This document shows, one piece after another, positions 42,556 to 51,495 of a stretch of DNA of 64,000 bases; position 1 is the stretch's first letter, and each line of letters starts with the position of its first letter. Location of the stretch: positions 14,213 through 78,212 of the forward strand of contig JBBQYX010000005.1 in NCBI GenBank assembly GCA_038208295.1. The letters run 5' to 3'. The notes beneath the pieces were generated by a model. It worked only from the letters and a program-made list of their open reading frames with translations. It did no database searches and was not told where the DNA came from. A program made the position numbers and the translations under genes. The stretch is from Candidatus Nanopelagicales bacterium. GTDB taxonomy: Bacteria > Actinomycetota > Actinomycetes > S36-B12 > JBBQYX01.

Positions 42556-43872
42556 ATGCCGAGCGTGAGCCATTACGCGACGCCTGCTGCGACGCCTGCT
42601 GTGACGCCTGCTGGACCGTCCGCAGGCGAGGACCTGCTGGTCGGTGTGGGCGCGGTCCACGATGTCGACCTACTCCTCGATCTTGGGCCACTGCATCCGT
42701 CCGCGCACGGGGCGCTGCGACTGGCGCTGCGGCTGGACGGGGACCGGATCGTCGCCGTCGACCCGCGAGTCGGGGCACTGCACCGGGGGGCCGAGAAGCT
42801 GTTCGAGGTACGCGATTACCGCCAGGTGCTCATGTTGGCTGACCGGCACGACTGGCTGTCCGCCTTCGCCTCCGAGCTGCCCATCGCGCTGGCCGCGGAG
42901 TCCCTGCTCGGGATGCAGGTTCCGGCGCGCGCCACCTGGGCCCGCACCCTGCTCGCCGAACTCACCCGGGTGTCGGCGTCCCTGGCGTTCCTGGCCGCCA
43001 TCCCGGCCCCGACTGTGACCCCTGAACTCGGCGCTTCCCCAGGCGTATCTGCGGGCGTATCTTCGGGCGTATCTGCGGGCGTGTCTGCGGGCGAGTCTGC
43101 GGGCGCTGCTGAGCAACCTCCCCCGGCCTCGATCCCGGCCTACGCGACCGCGGGCACCGCCGCCCGGGAGGCGGTGCTGACCGCCTTCGAGCGAGCCACC
43201 GGTGGGCGCATCCACCTGATGGCCAACCGGGTCGGGGGCCTGGAGTACGACCTGTCCGCACAGTGGCTGGCCGAATTGCCCGCCGTCGTGAGCACGGTGC
43301 GGGCTGCGATGGAGCAGGTGTACGCGCTGCTGCGGAGCCCGCAGTTTCACCGGATGTACGCCGGCATCGGAGTGCTCGACCGGGATACCGCCATCGGCTT
43401 CGGAGTGTCCGGCCCGGTCGCCCGGGCCAGCGGGGTCGATACCGACCTGCGCCGTGACGAGCCACTGCTGGCCTACCCCGACCTGGGCGACTCGATGACC
43501 GTGGTGACCCGTACGGCAGGGGATGCGGCGGCCCGGCTGGAGGTGCTGGCCGATCAGGTCGAGGTGTCCCTACGCCTGGCGCTGGCGTGCGCCCAGCGGT
43601 TGGCGTCCTTACCGGCGGGAGTGGCGTTGCGGTTGCCCAAGGTGCTGCGGGTCCCGGTCGGCGCAACGTACGTGTGGACCGAGGCGCCGCTCGGCGTCAA
43701 CGGCTGCTACCTGGTGTCCCGTGGGGACCGGACTCCGTGGCGCTGCAAACTGCGTACCCCGTCCTTCGCCCACGCGCAGGCCCTGCCAGCGGTCCTCACC
43801 GGCGCCCGGCTGGCCGACCTGACCCCGATCCTGGCGTCGATGTTCTTTGTGATCGGCGACATCGACCGTTGA
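42556..43872 (+). CDS. stand-alone NuoD-like protein (complex I 49-kDa / NiFe-hydrogenase large subunit fold)
   Basis: 438 aa. LDLGPLHPSAHGALRLALRLDGDRIV...LHRGAEKL...RIHLMANRVGG... and the C-terminal LRTPSFAHAQALPAVLTGARLADLTPILASMFFVIGDIDR align along the whole remembered NuoD/Nqo4 sequence. No other nuo gene is in the window. Confidence 0.85.
   Translation: MPSVSHYATPAATPAVTPAGPSAGEDLLVGVGAVHDVDLLLDLGPLHPSAHGALRLALRLDGDRIVAVDPRVGALHRGAEKLFEVRDYRQVLMLADRHDWLSAFASELPIALAAESLLGMQVPARATWARTLLAELTRVSASLAFLAAIPAPTVTPELGASPGVSAGVSSGVSAGVSAGESAGAAEQPPPASIPAYATAGTAAREAVLTAFERATGGRIHLMANRVGGLEYDLSAQWLAELPAVVSTVRAAMEQVYALLRSPQFHRMYAGIGVLDRDTAIGFGVSGPVARASGVDTDLRRDEPLLAYPDLGDSMTVVTRTAGDAAARLEVLADQVEVSLRLALACAQRLASLPAGVALRLPKVLRVPVGATYVWTEAPLGVNGCYLVSRGDRTPWRCKLRTPSFAHAQALPAVLTGARLADLTPILASMFFVIGDIDR
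43042..43113 (+). repeat. 12-bp x6 in-frame tandem repeat inside the NuoD-like gene
   Basis: GGCGTATCTGCG-type units encoding GVSA/GVSS/GESA low complexity, inserted between conserved NuoD blocks. Confidence 0.9.
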
Positions 43873-43899
43873 GCGGTCGACGAGGCGCCAGCGACCTCG

Positions 43900-44343
43900 T
43901 CAGCGCATCGATGGTCGCCGTGGAATGACGGGCGGCCACGGGTCGGCCACTGAGCCCAACACCACCGTACGGTCATCGTCGCGGCCGTCGACCTGACCCA
44001 CCCGATCAGCCAGCGCCCGCGCAAGGTGGTCGCTCAGGCCCGTGGCGGCATCAAGGCGTCGGCGCAGGTCGGTGACCTGGGACATGAGCAGCGCGATCTG
44101 GCCGCTCGGATCCGTCGCACCCGGCATCGTCGCAGTGTCCGCCGGCGCGACCGGCCGGCTGTCCAGCCGATGCTGCAACGCGGCGAGGTGCGCCTGCAGC
44201 CCCGCGACCGTGGCCGCGGACTCAGACCGGACCGCCCGCAGTTGGCTACGCGCCTGAGCCGTCTCCCGCTCCAGCCGTCCTAGTTCGGCGCGCAGCGCTG
44301 AGCGGCGGCGGGGACGTCGATGCCGTGCGGCGGTGTCGGGCAT
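43900..44343 (-). CDS. hypothetical coiled-coil protein
   Basis: 147 aa. Heptad-like LRAELGRLERETAQARSQLRAVRSE...LQAHLAALQHRL. Third-position GC is only moderately coding-like. No family recognised. Confidence 0.45.
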   Translation of the reverse strand: MPDTAARHRRPRRRSALRAELGRLERETAQARSQLRAVRSESAATVAGLQAHLAALQHRLDSRPVAPADTATMPGATDPSGQIALLMSQVTDLRRRLDAATGLSDHLARALADRVGQVDGRDDDRTVVLGSVADPWPPVIPRRPSMR

Positions 44344-44402
44344 GGCAGTCAGGGTAGGTCAGCGCGGCCCCCGGCAAGCCCTGCTACCCCCGGCAAGCCT
44401 TC

Positions 44403-45413
44403 CTACAGCAGGCCCTTGCTGCGCAGGTAGTCCTCGGCGACCGTCTTGGGGTCCTTGCGGTCGATGTCGACGGCCTTGTTCAACTCGATCAGCTCGTCGG
44501 TCGTCAACGCCGCGGAGACGCCGTTCAACGCATCCACCAGCGGCGCTTGGCTTCCCAGGTCACCGGAAACCACCGGGATGATGTTGTCGACGGTCTGCAG
44601 CTTCTTGTCGTCGTCCAGTACCTGCAGCCCCAGCGCCGAGACTCCCCCGTCGGAGGAGAACACCAGGCCAACGTCGATACTGCCCTGCTGCAGGGCCTTC
44701 TTGGTCAGCGGGCCGCCGGTGTCCAGCGACTTGAAACCGGCAAACTTCATGCCGTACGTGTTCTCCAGACCCTGCTGGCAGAACGGCCGGGTCGGGCACT
44801 CCGGCGGGCCACCGAGGGTGACGTCGTTCGACTTCGAATAGGCCGCCAGATCCGACAACGTGGTCAGATTGTTCTTGGTGGCGAACTCCTGGGTGACCGC
44901 AAACGCGTTCTGGTCAGCAGCCGGTGACGCTTCTAGCACTGTCAGATTCAGGGGTTCGGCCAGTGACCGCAGCGCCGTCACGGTGGCATCCAGGTCACCG
45001 GAGGCCATGGGCTTGGCCTGCGGACCGTTGGCCGCCTTGTTCAGAAACTCGGTCAAGGTGCCGACGTACTCGGGCGCCACCTGCACCTCGCCCTTCTGCA
45101 GCGCGGGCTGGACGACCTCGCGGGTGGTGAGTTCCTTGACGTCGGCGTTATATCCGGCCTTGTCGAGGACCGCCGCATACATCGACGCAATGATCTTGCT
45201 CTCGCCGAAGTTGAACGCCGCGATGGTCACGTCGCCGCTGCCCATCGCGGTGCTCTCCGACGGGCTGCTCGACGCCGCGGTCGTCTCAGTGGCGCTGGTC
45301 GCCGGGGTTGTGTCGCTTCCGCTGGACGACCCGCAACCGGTCAGAGCCAGGGCAAACGCCGCCAACGCCACCACCGGGAAGAGCCGGGACGCGCGTGATC
45401 GCGACAGATTCAT
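44403..45413 (-). CDS. glycine betaine/choline-type ABC transporter substrate-binding lipoprotein
   Basis: Inner ATG 45413. Lipobox ALALTGCGSS. OpuAC-family body (NFGESKIIASMYAAVL...PEYVGTL...). Confidence 0.88.
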   Translation of the reverse strand: MNLSRSRASRLFPVVALAAFALALTGCGSSSGSDTTPATSATETTAASSSPSESTAMGSGDVTIAAFNFGESKIIASMYAAVLDKAGYNADVKELTTREVVQPALQKGEVQVAPEYVGTLTEFLNKAANGPQAKPMASGDLDATVTALRSLAEPLNLTVLEASPAADQNAFAVTQEFATKNNLTTLSDLAAYSKSNDVTLGGPPECPTRPFCQQGLENTYGMKFAGFKSLDTGGPLTKKALQQGSIDVGLVFSSDGGVSALGLQVLDDDKKLQTVDNIIPVVSGDLGSQAPLVDALNGVSAALTTDELIELNKAVDIDRKDPKTVAEDYLRSKGLL

Positions 45414-45414
45414 G

Positions 45415-45476
45415 TTCGGTCCCGCCTTCTGTGTCCCGTGCGCTGGAAGCACACGCGTGTCTGGCGCGGGACCGAA
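45415..45476 (-). other. stem-loop abutting the SBP start codon
   Basis: Perfect 11-bp stem TTCGGTCCCGC (45415..45425) / GCGGGACCGAA (45466..45476). The arm nearest the gene ends 1 nt from the ATG and covers part of the GAAGGCGGG SD-like region. Confidence 0.35.
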
Positions 45477-45591
45477 GTGCCCCGCAGATGGCCTAGAACA
45501 CCACGGCATACGTAACAGCGCAATCCGCCATTCCCGGATCGTGACGCAGCGCACTCATCGGCCGGACGACCTGACAACCCCCCGGGAACTG

Positions 45592-46281
45592 TCACAGCAG
45601 CGTTGGGACACTGGTCAATCGCAGCGGCGGTGGGGTGACCCAGCGCTGCACGACTGCCAGGACGAGCTCGGTGACAACGCTGAGCAACGCGACGAGCACG
45701 ACGCCGGCCAGCAGCAGGGTGGTGTCCTGACGCCCGAAACCGTCCACGACGTAGCGGCCGAGTCCGCCACCACCGACCAAGGCGGCGAGCGTCGCGGTGG
45801 CAACAACCTGGACCACCGCGGTACGTGCCCCGGCGGCGAGCAGCGGGACGGCCATCGGAAACTCGACGCGCCGCAGCACCTGCCCGCCGGTCATGCCCAT
45901 CCCGCGCGCGGCGTCCAGGCTGTCGGGGTCCACGTCGCGGATGCCGACGTAGGTGTTGGTCAGCAACGGCGGGATGGCGAAGACGGCCAGCGCGACGATC
46001 GCGGCGGTGTTGCTGACACCGATGCTGTCCCAGGACGCCAGGATGACCAGCACGGCAAACACCGGGACCGCCCGACCGAGGTTGCCCAGCGTGGTGATCA
46101 GGCCGCCGAAGCGGCGCAGATGTCCGGTGATCACACCCGTTGGAATCGCGATCACGGCGGCCGCGAGCAGGGCGTACGCGCTGATCTGCAGATGCTCCAG
46201 GAGCCGGGCCGGGACGCCTTCGGCCCCGGACCAGTTGTCCGGATCGGTGAACCACGCAATCAGACCGCTCAAGAGGATCAC
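45592..46281 (-). CDS. ABC transporter permease (Opu/Pro type)
   Basis: GTG 46281 overlaps the upstream permease stop (GTGA). BPD_transp_1 EAA-like region DAARGMGMTGGQVLRRVEFPMAVP. Confidence 0.88.
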   Translation of the reverse strand: MILLSGLIAWFTDPDNWSGAEGVPARLLEHLQISAYALLAAAVIAIPTGVITGHLRRFGGLITTLGNLGRAVPVFAVLVILASWDSIGVSNTAAIVALAVFAIPPLLTNTYVGIRDVDPDSLDAARGMGMTGGQVLRRVEFPMAVPLLAAGARTAVVQVVATATLAALVGGGGLGRYVVDGFGRQDTTLLLAGVVLVALLSVVTELVLAVVQRWVTPPPLRLTSVPTLL

Positions 46282-46985
46282 CCAACCGTCGCACGGGCCC
46301 GGGCCCAGGGGGTAAGCACCCGTTCCAGGCCCAGCAGGGCCACCTCGAAGGCCACCGCGAGAACGACACACGCCAACGTCGCCGTCATGATCTTGGCGTG
46401 GTAGAAGTTGTCGACGAACCCCCCGAGGATCATGGTGCCGAAGCCGCCGTGGCCGACCAGCGCACCGATGGTGACCAGACCGACGGTGGACACCGTCGCC
46501 AACCGCACCCCCGCCAGGATCGAGGGCAGCGCAAGCGGCACCTCGACCCGCCAGAGCAACCGGTTGCGGCCGTACCCCATCCCGACGGCGGCATCGACCA
46601 CATCGACGGGCACCCCGGCGAGGCCGACCAGCATGTTGCGCAGCACGATCAGCAGCGCGTACACCGCCAGGGCGACGATCACCGTCACCGGCGACAGGCC
46701 GAAGACCGGCCACAGGACGGTGATCAGCGCGAGCGACGGGATCGTATAGAGGATCCCGGAGACCCCGAGCACTGCCGGCTCCAGCCGCCGGTAGCGTCGC
46801 ACCAGGACCGTCACCGGCAGCGCCACCAGGATCGCCAGCAGCACCGACGCGATCGTGATCACGATGTGCTCACGGCCAGCGGTCAGGAGTTCGCCGGTGT
46901 GCTCGCGCACATAGGTGAGGTCGAACCAGGGGTTCGGCGGCGGCTCGTAGCCGTCCAGAGCCCGCACACCGATCGCGAGGAGCAC
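46278..46985 (-). CDS. ABC transporter permease (Opu/Pro type)
   Basis: 235 aa. DAAVGMGYGRNRLLWRVEVPLALP. The start is uncertain (46985, 46967 or 46910). Confidence 0.85.
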   Translation of the reverse strand: MLLAIGVRALDGYEPPPNPWFDLTYVREHTGELLTAGREHIVITIASVLLAILVALPVTVLVRRYRRLEPAVLGVSGILYTIPSLALITVLWPVFGLSPVTVIVALAVYALLIVLRNMLVGLAGVPVDVVDAAVGMGYGRNRLLWRVEVPLALPSILAGVRLATVSTVGLVTIGALVGHGGFGTMILGGFVDNFYHAKIMTATLACVVLAVAFEVALLGLERVLTPWARARATVG

Positions 46986-46987
46986 GG

Positions 46988-47962
46988 GTGGACGCTACCC
47001 CGCAGGCGATGATCCGCCTGGACGGAGTGCGCAAGGAGTATCCCGACGGCACCGTCGCGGTGCACGAGTTGTCCCTGACGGTCGGCGTCGGCGAGATCTG
47101 TGTCCTGGTCGGGCCGTCCGGCTGCGGCAAGACGACCACCATGCGGATGATCAACAGGCTGGTGGAGCCCAGCGCCGGCGTCATCGAGATCGACGGGCAG
47201 GACATCACCGCGGTCGACCGGGTCGAGTTGCGGCGGCGGATCGGGTACGTGATCCAACAAGTCGGCCTGTTTCCGCACCAGACGGTCCGCAAGAACGTGG
47301 CGACCGTCTGCGACCTGCTGGGCTGGGACAAGCGGCGTACCCGCGACCGGGTCGACGAGTTGCTCAGCCTGGTCGGCCTGGAACCAGCGAAATACGGTGA
47401 CCGCTACCCGCATCAGCTGTCCGGCGGCCAGCGCCAGCGGGTCGGCGTCGCCCGCGCGTTGGCCGCCGATCCGCCGGTGCTGCTGATGGACGAGCCGTTC
47501 GGCGCGGTCGACCCGATCGCCCGCGACCGGTTGCAGGCGGAGTTCCTGAAACTGCAGGAGCAGGTCCACAAGACCGTCGTGTTCGTCACTCACGACATCG
47601 ACGAGGCGGTCCGCCTCGGCGACCGCATCGCGGTGATGCGCCAGGGCGGCTGGCTGGAGCAGTACGCCGCCCCCGCGGTCATCCTGGGTGCGCCCGCGAC
47701 GGACTTCGTGGCCGGCTTCGTGGGCAGTGACCGTACGGTCAAGCGGCTGGCCGTCACCCCGGTTGCGGCCGACGCCCTCGATCCGCTGGACGACGATGCC
47801 GCGACGCTGCCCCGGGTGCCAGATGACGCCACCCTGCGCGATGCGCTGGCAGCTTTGCTGGAGTCCCCCGACGGGCGCGCGGTCGTGATGGACGAGGACG
47901 GCGCCGACGGGGTGCTGAGCCTGGACGGCCTACGCCGGATCATGGCTCGCCCGCCGGTCTGA
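46988..47962 (+). CDS. ABC transporter ATP-binding protein (OpuCA/ProV-like, C-terminal CBS-like region)
   Basis: Walker A GPSGCGKTT, signature LSGGQRQR, Walker B LLMDEPFGAVD. The likely true start is ATG 47009 (MIRLDGV). Confidence 0.92.
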   Translation: MDATPQAMIRLDGVRKEYPDGTVAVHELSLTVGVGEICVLVGPSGCGKTTTMRMINRLVEPSAGVIEIDGQDITAVDRVELRRRIGYVIQQVGLFPHQTVRKNVATVCDLLGWDKRRTRDRVDELLSLVGLEPAKYGDRYPHQLSGGQRQRVGVARALAADPPVLLMDEPFGAVDPIARDRLQAEFLKLQEQVHKTVVFVTHDIDEAVRLGDRIAVMRQGGWLEQYAAPAVILGAPATDFVAGFVGSDRTVKRLAVTPVAADALDPLDDDAATLPRVPDDATLRDALAALLESPDGRAVVMDEDGADGVLSLDGLRRIMARPPV

Positions 47963-47978
47963 GTGTGCTGCGCCTGCC

Positions 47979-48263
47979 TCAGCCGTGCTCGCGCAGATAG
48001 GTGCTGAAACGGGCCCGGAACAGCGGTTCGAGCTCGCCGACCGACTCGTGACCGAAGGCCTCCCGCGCGGCGCGCACCGTCTCGATGATGCTGCCCCCGA
48101 TCTCCCCGAGCGACCCGCCCTCGTCGGCGACGGCGGTCATCCCCTGGGTGTGCCGGAACAGGTTCAGGAAGAAGCTGAGGTCGTGCCGGGACTCGGCCAG
48201 ATGGAACGCCCGCTCCCGCAGTTCCTCGTACGGGAGATCCTCGAAGACTTCCTGCTCGCTCAT
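47979..48263 (-). CDS. small conserved-looking hypothetical protein
   Basis: 94 aa. MSEQEVFEDLPYEELRERAFHLAESRHDLSFFLNLFRHTQGM... has a balanced, protein-like composition. Confidence 0.65.
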   Translation of the reverse strand: MSEQEVFEDLPYEELRERAFHLAESRHDLSFFLNLFRHTQGMTAVADEGGSLGEIGGSIIETVRAAREAFGHESVGELEPLFRARFSTYLREHG

Positions 48264-48288
48264 GGCCGTGAGCCTAGCCGCGGGCGTC

Positions 48289-48852
48289 TCAGGTCACGCC
48301 GGGCTCAGTCGCACGCGCCTCCGCCCGCCGGGTCTGGGCCGGCCAGGTGTTGTCGTCGATGTCGTCGACGAGATCCCGTGAGGTGCCCAGGGAGGTCGCC
48401 GCGTCCGGGTCCTCGGGGAGTCGGCACATCCGTTCGATCCACAAGGCGATGACCACCAGGCCGACAGCGCCCACCGCGCTGAGGACCGAAGCCCAGACCC
48501 GCTGCTGGCCCGCCTCGGTGCCGTACGCCGGCACCAGGCCCACCGCAGCACCGAGATAGAACCCGGCCACCAGCGACCCGGTCCGGGACGCGGCCATCGC
48601 CAGGGCGGCGGTCCGGGCGGCCATTAGGGGGTCCATGGGCCGCGCGTCCGGCTTGCGCTGCAGCCGCGGCCGGGCCAGCGCCCCCCACATGAACAGCGCG
48701 ATCGCGAACACCCACAGGGCGACGGGAGCGGTCCACGGCACGGGCAGTTGACGGTTTGCGGCTGCGTCGATGATCTGAACCAGACCCCAGCCGCCCACAG
48801 CGGCGACCGCGGCCCACACCAGCAGCACACGAACGCGGGTGGGGGTCATCAC
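48289..48852 (-). CDS. DUF3180 membrane protein
   Basis: Four predicted TM segments. It sits immediately downstream of folK, as in other actinobacteria. Confidence 0.8.
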   Translation of the reverse strand: MMTPTRVRVLLVWAAVAAVGGWGLVQIIDAAANRQLPVPWTAPVALWVFAIALFMWGALARPRLQRKPDARPMDPLMAARTAALAMAASRTGSLVAGFYLGAAVGLVPAYGTEAGQQRVWASVLSAVGAVGLVVIALWIERMCRLPEDPDAATSLGTSRDLVDDIDDNTWPAQTRRAEARATEPGVT

Positions 48853-49961
48853 TCCACCTTACGAGGCTGCTCGACGCCGCCATGAGACATCCAGCCGGGA
48901 TCAGACATCCGGCCGCCCGTTGGCAACCGCAGCTCCAGGTCGTCGCGCCGACGACAGGCAGGCCGCCCGGCCGGCCCTGCGGAGTCGTCGGCAGGATCAC
49001 GAACAAGGTCGCCACCGCGGTGGTCACGTGAGTCGTCAACGAGGTCGCCAACAAGTGCGGCGGCGAGCGTACGAACCGGGCCGTGCCCGGGCAGGTACGC
49101 CGTCGGATCGGCTTCGGCCCAGGGGATGAGGACGAACCCGCGGGAGTGCGCCCGCGGATGCGGCAGCGTCAACGCCGGCTCGTCGCAGACCAGGTCCCCC
49201 ACCGCCAGCACGTCGACATCCAGCGTCCGAGGCCCCCAGCGGACTGCCCGTTCACGCTGCCACGCCCGCTCGGCGCGCTGGGCGGCCGCCAGCAACTCGC
49301 CCGGATCCAACTCGGACTGAACGACGAGGACCGCGTTGAGATAGTCAGGCTGCTCCGGACCGCCGACCGGAGTCGTCTCGTACACCCCGGACACCGCCAC
49401 CGCCTCGATCCCGGGCGTCGCGCACAGCAACGCGACCGCACCCTGCAAGGCTGCAGCCGGGTCGCCCACGTTGGCGCCCAGCCCGAAGGCGGCCCGTCGC
49501 GGGCTGACGGCGGCCGGCTGCGGGGTGGGCGATGGGACCGAGGGCGCCGTCACAGCAGGTCCTGGTCCGTTGCCGGGCGCAGGCGGCGCATCGTCCCGGG
49601 TCCGTCGGATCGAGACGATCAGGTCGGTGAACGGCACCGGAACCGGCGCCTGCGGCTTGTGGACCCGCACCTGAACCCACGCGACCAGCCGGTGCGTCAG
49701 GCAGCCGTCGGCGATGCGCTGGGCCAGTGTCTCGATCAGGTCGACCGGCGGGCCCTCGATCACCGCGACCACGTCCTGGGCCAGCGTCCCGTAGTCGACC
49801 GTCATCGACAGGTCGTCCCCGGCGGCAGCCGTCCGGGTGTCCAGTCCGATGACCACATCCACGACGAACTCCTGCCCATCGCGCCGCTCGTGCGCGAAGA
49901 CGCCGTGATGGCCCCGCCCCCGTAGCCCGACCAATTCGATACGGTCCGCCGGCTCGTTCAC
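48849..49961 (-). CDS. fused dihydroneopterin aldolase / HPPK (FolB-FolK)
   Basis: N-terminal DRIELVGLRGRGHHGVFAHERRDGQEFVVDV (FolB). A Pro-rich linker. Then AAFGLGANVGDPAAAL...YETTPVGGPEQPDYLNAV...WGPRTLDVDVL...LPHPRAHSRGFVLIPW (FolK), plus an approximately 70-aa tail. Confidence 0.88.
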   Translation of the reverse strand: MNEPADRIELVGLRGRGHHGVFAHERRDGQEFVVDVVIGLDTRTAAAGDDLSMTVDYGTLAQDVVAVIEGPPVDLIETLAQRIADGCLTHRLVAWVQVRVHKPQAPVPVPFTDLIVSIRRTRDDAPPAPGNGPGPAVTAPSVPSPTPQPAAVSPRRAAFGLGANVGDPAAALQGAVALLCATPGIEAVAVSGVYETTPVGGPEQPDYLNAVLVVQSELDPGELLAAAQRAERAWQRERAVRWGPRTLDVDVLAVGDLVCDEPALTLPHPRAHSRGFVLIPWAEADPTAYLPGHGPVRTLAAALVGDLVDDSRDHRGGDLVRDPADDSAGPAGRPACRRRDDLELRLPTGGRMSDPGWMSHGGVEQPRKVE

Positions 49962-50869
49962 CCCCCCACCCCGACCGACTCCGCTCGTCCCGGCGAGGAA
50001 TCCGCAGCAGCCGCGCTGCCCCGTCGCCAGGCGGCGGCCACCCGTACGGCATCAGCAGTTCCGCGTACGTCGTGCACGCGTACGCACCACGCGCCCGCAC
50101 CGGCGGCCAGCGCCGAGATCGCGTCGGTGGCCTGGTCTCGGTCGGTCACCGGCCGCGGGCCGTCGCTGTCAGCCAGTAGCGCGCCGAGGAACCGTTTGCG
50201 GGATGCGCCCAGGAGCAGCGGACGGCCCAGCGCGACGAAAACATCCAATCGCTGCAGCAGGGCCCAGTTGTGCTCCACGGTCTTGGCGAACCCCAGGCCA
50301 GGGTCGAGCACGATCCGGTCGACATCGACGCCCGCCGCGACGGTGGCGGCCAGCCGCTGCTCCAACTCCGCGGCCACATCGCGGACCACGTCGTCGTAGT
50401 GCGCGAGGTCTGCCATGGTCGCCGCGGTGCCCCGCCAGTGCATAAGGACGTACGGAACCTGGAGACTCGCCAGCACATCGGCCATCGCCGGGTCGCCCAG
50501 CCCGCCGCTCACGTCGTTGATCAGGCACGCCCCGGCCGCCACGGCGGCTTCAGCGACCGCGGCGCGCATCGTGTCGATGCTGACCGGCACCCCGGCCTCG
50601 ACCAGGCCGGTCACGACCGAAAGGACCCGGCGCAGTTCCTCCGCCACCGGCACCCGGGTGGCGCCGGGCCGGGTGGACTCACCGCCCACATCGACCAGGT
50701 CAGCACCGTGCCGGTGCAGCGCGATCCCGTGCGCGACGGCCACCTCGCCGTCCAGCCAGCGGCCGCCATCGGAGAACGAGTCGGGGGTGACATTGAGGAT
50801 GCCCATCACCAGGGCCCGATCCAGCTTGCCGAGGGACGCGGGCAGTCCACGCGGGTGACACGTGGTCAT
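49958..50869 (-). CDS. folP: dihydropteroate synthase
   Basis: VMGILNVTPDSFSDGG, DVGGESTRPGA, INDVSGG, LDPGLGFAK. Confidence 0.93.
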   Translation of the reverse strand: MTTCHPRGLPASLGKLDRALVMGILNVTPDSFSDGGRWLDGEVAVAHGIALHRHGADLVDVGGESTRPGATRVPVAEELRRVLSVVTGLVEAGVPVSIDTMRAAVAEAAVAAGACLINDVSGGLGDPAMADVLASLQVPYVLMHWRGTAATMADLAHYDDVVRDVAAELEQRLAATVAAGVDVDRIVLDPGLGFAKTVEHNWALLQRLDVFVALGRPLLLGASRKRFLGALLADSDGPRPVTDRDQATDAISALAAGAGAWCVRVHDVRGTADAVRVAAAWRRGSAAAADSSPGRAESVGVGG

Positions 50870-50879
50870 CGAAGGCCCA

Positions 50880-51488
50880 TCAGCGGCCGTACATCAGCGA
50901 CATCGCTTCGGCCCGGGTGGCCGGATCCCGCAATTGGCCGCGGACGGCGCTGGTCACGGTGCGCGCCCCGGGCTTGCGGACACCGCGCATGCTCATGCAC
51001 AGGTGTTCGCACTCGAGGACAACGATGACCCCGCGCGGCTCCAGGATCCGGACCAGCGCATCGGCGACCTGGCTGGTCAGCCGCTCCTGGACTTGTGGGC
51101 GCTTGGCGAAGACGTCGACCAGCCGGGCCAGTTTGGACAGCCCGGTGATCCTCCCCGACGCATCCGGTATGTACCCCACGTGCGCCACCCCGTGGAACGG
51201 GACCAAGTGGTGCTCGCAGGTGGAATAGACCTCGATGTCGCGAACCAGCACGAGCTCGTCATGCCCGAGGTCGAACGTGGTTGTGAGCACGTCGTCGGGG
51301 CTCATCCGCAGCCCGGCGAACGTCTCGGCATAGGCGCGGGCAACCCGGGCGGGGGTCTCGCGCAGGCCGTCGCGGTCGGGGTCCTCCCCGACCGCGATCA
51401 GCAGCTCGCGGACGGCTCGTTCGGCCCGGGCCTGGTCGTAGGGCCGCTGCGACCAGGCCTGCGGGATCGTTACCGGATCGATCGCCAC
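50880..51488 (-). CDS. folE: GTP cyclohydrolase I
   Basis: GTG 51488 (202 aa). [45 protein letters not shown]. Confidence 0.93.
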   Translation of the reverse strand: MAIDPVTIPQAWSQRPYDQARAERAVRELLIAVGEDPDRDGLRETPARVARAYAETFAGLRMSPDDVLTTTFDLGHDELVLVRDIEVYSTCEHHLVPFHGVAHVGYIPDASGRITGLSKLARLVDVFAKRPQVQERLTSQVADALVRILEPRGVIVVLECEHLCMSMRGVRKPGARTVTSAVRGQLRDPATRAEAMSLMYGR

Positions 51489-51495
51489 GCGACGA

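Noticed and set aside
42670-43350. A 226-aa minus-strand ORF inside the NuoD-like gene.
   Set aside because: It is an antisense shadow, and the plus-strand product aligns end to end with NuoD.
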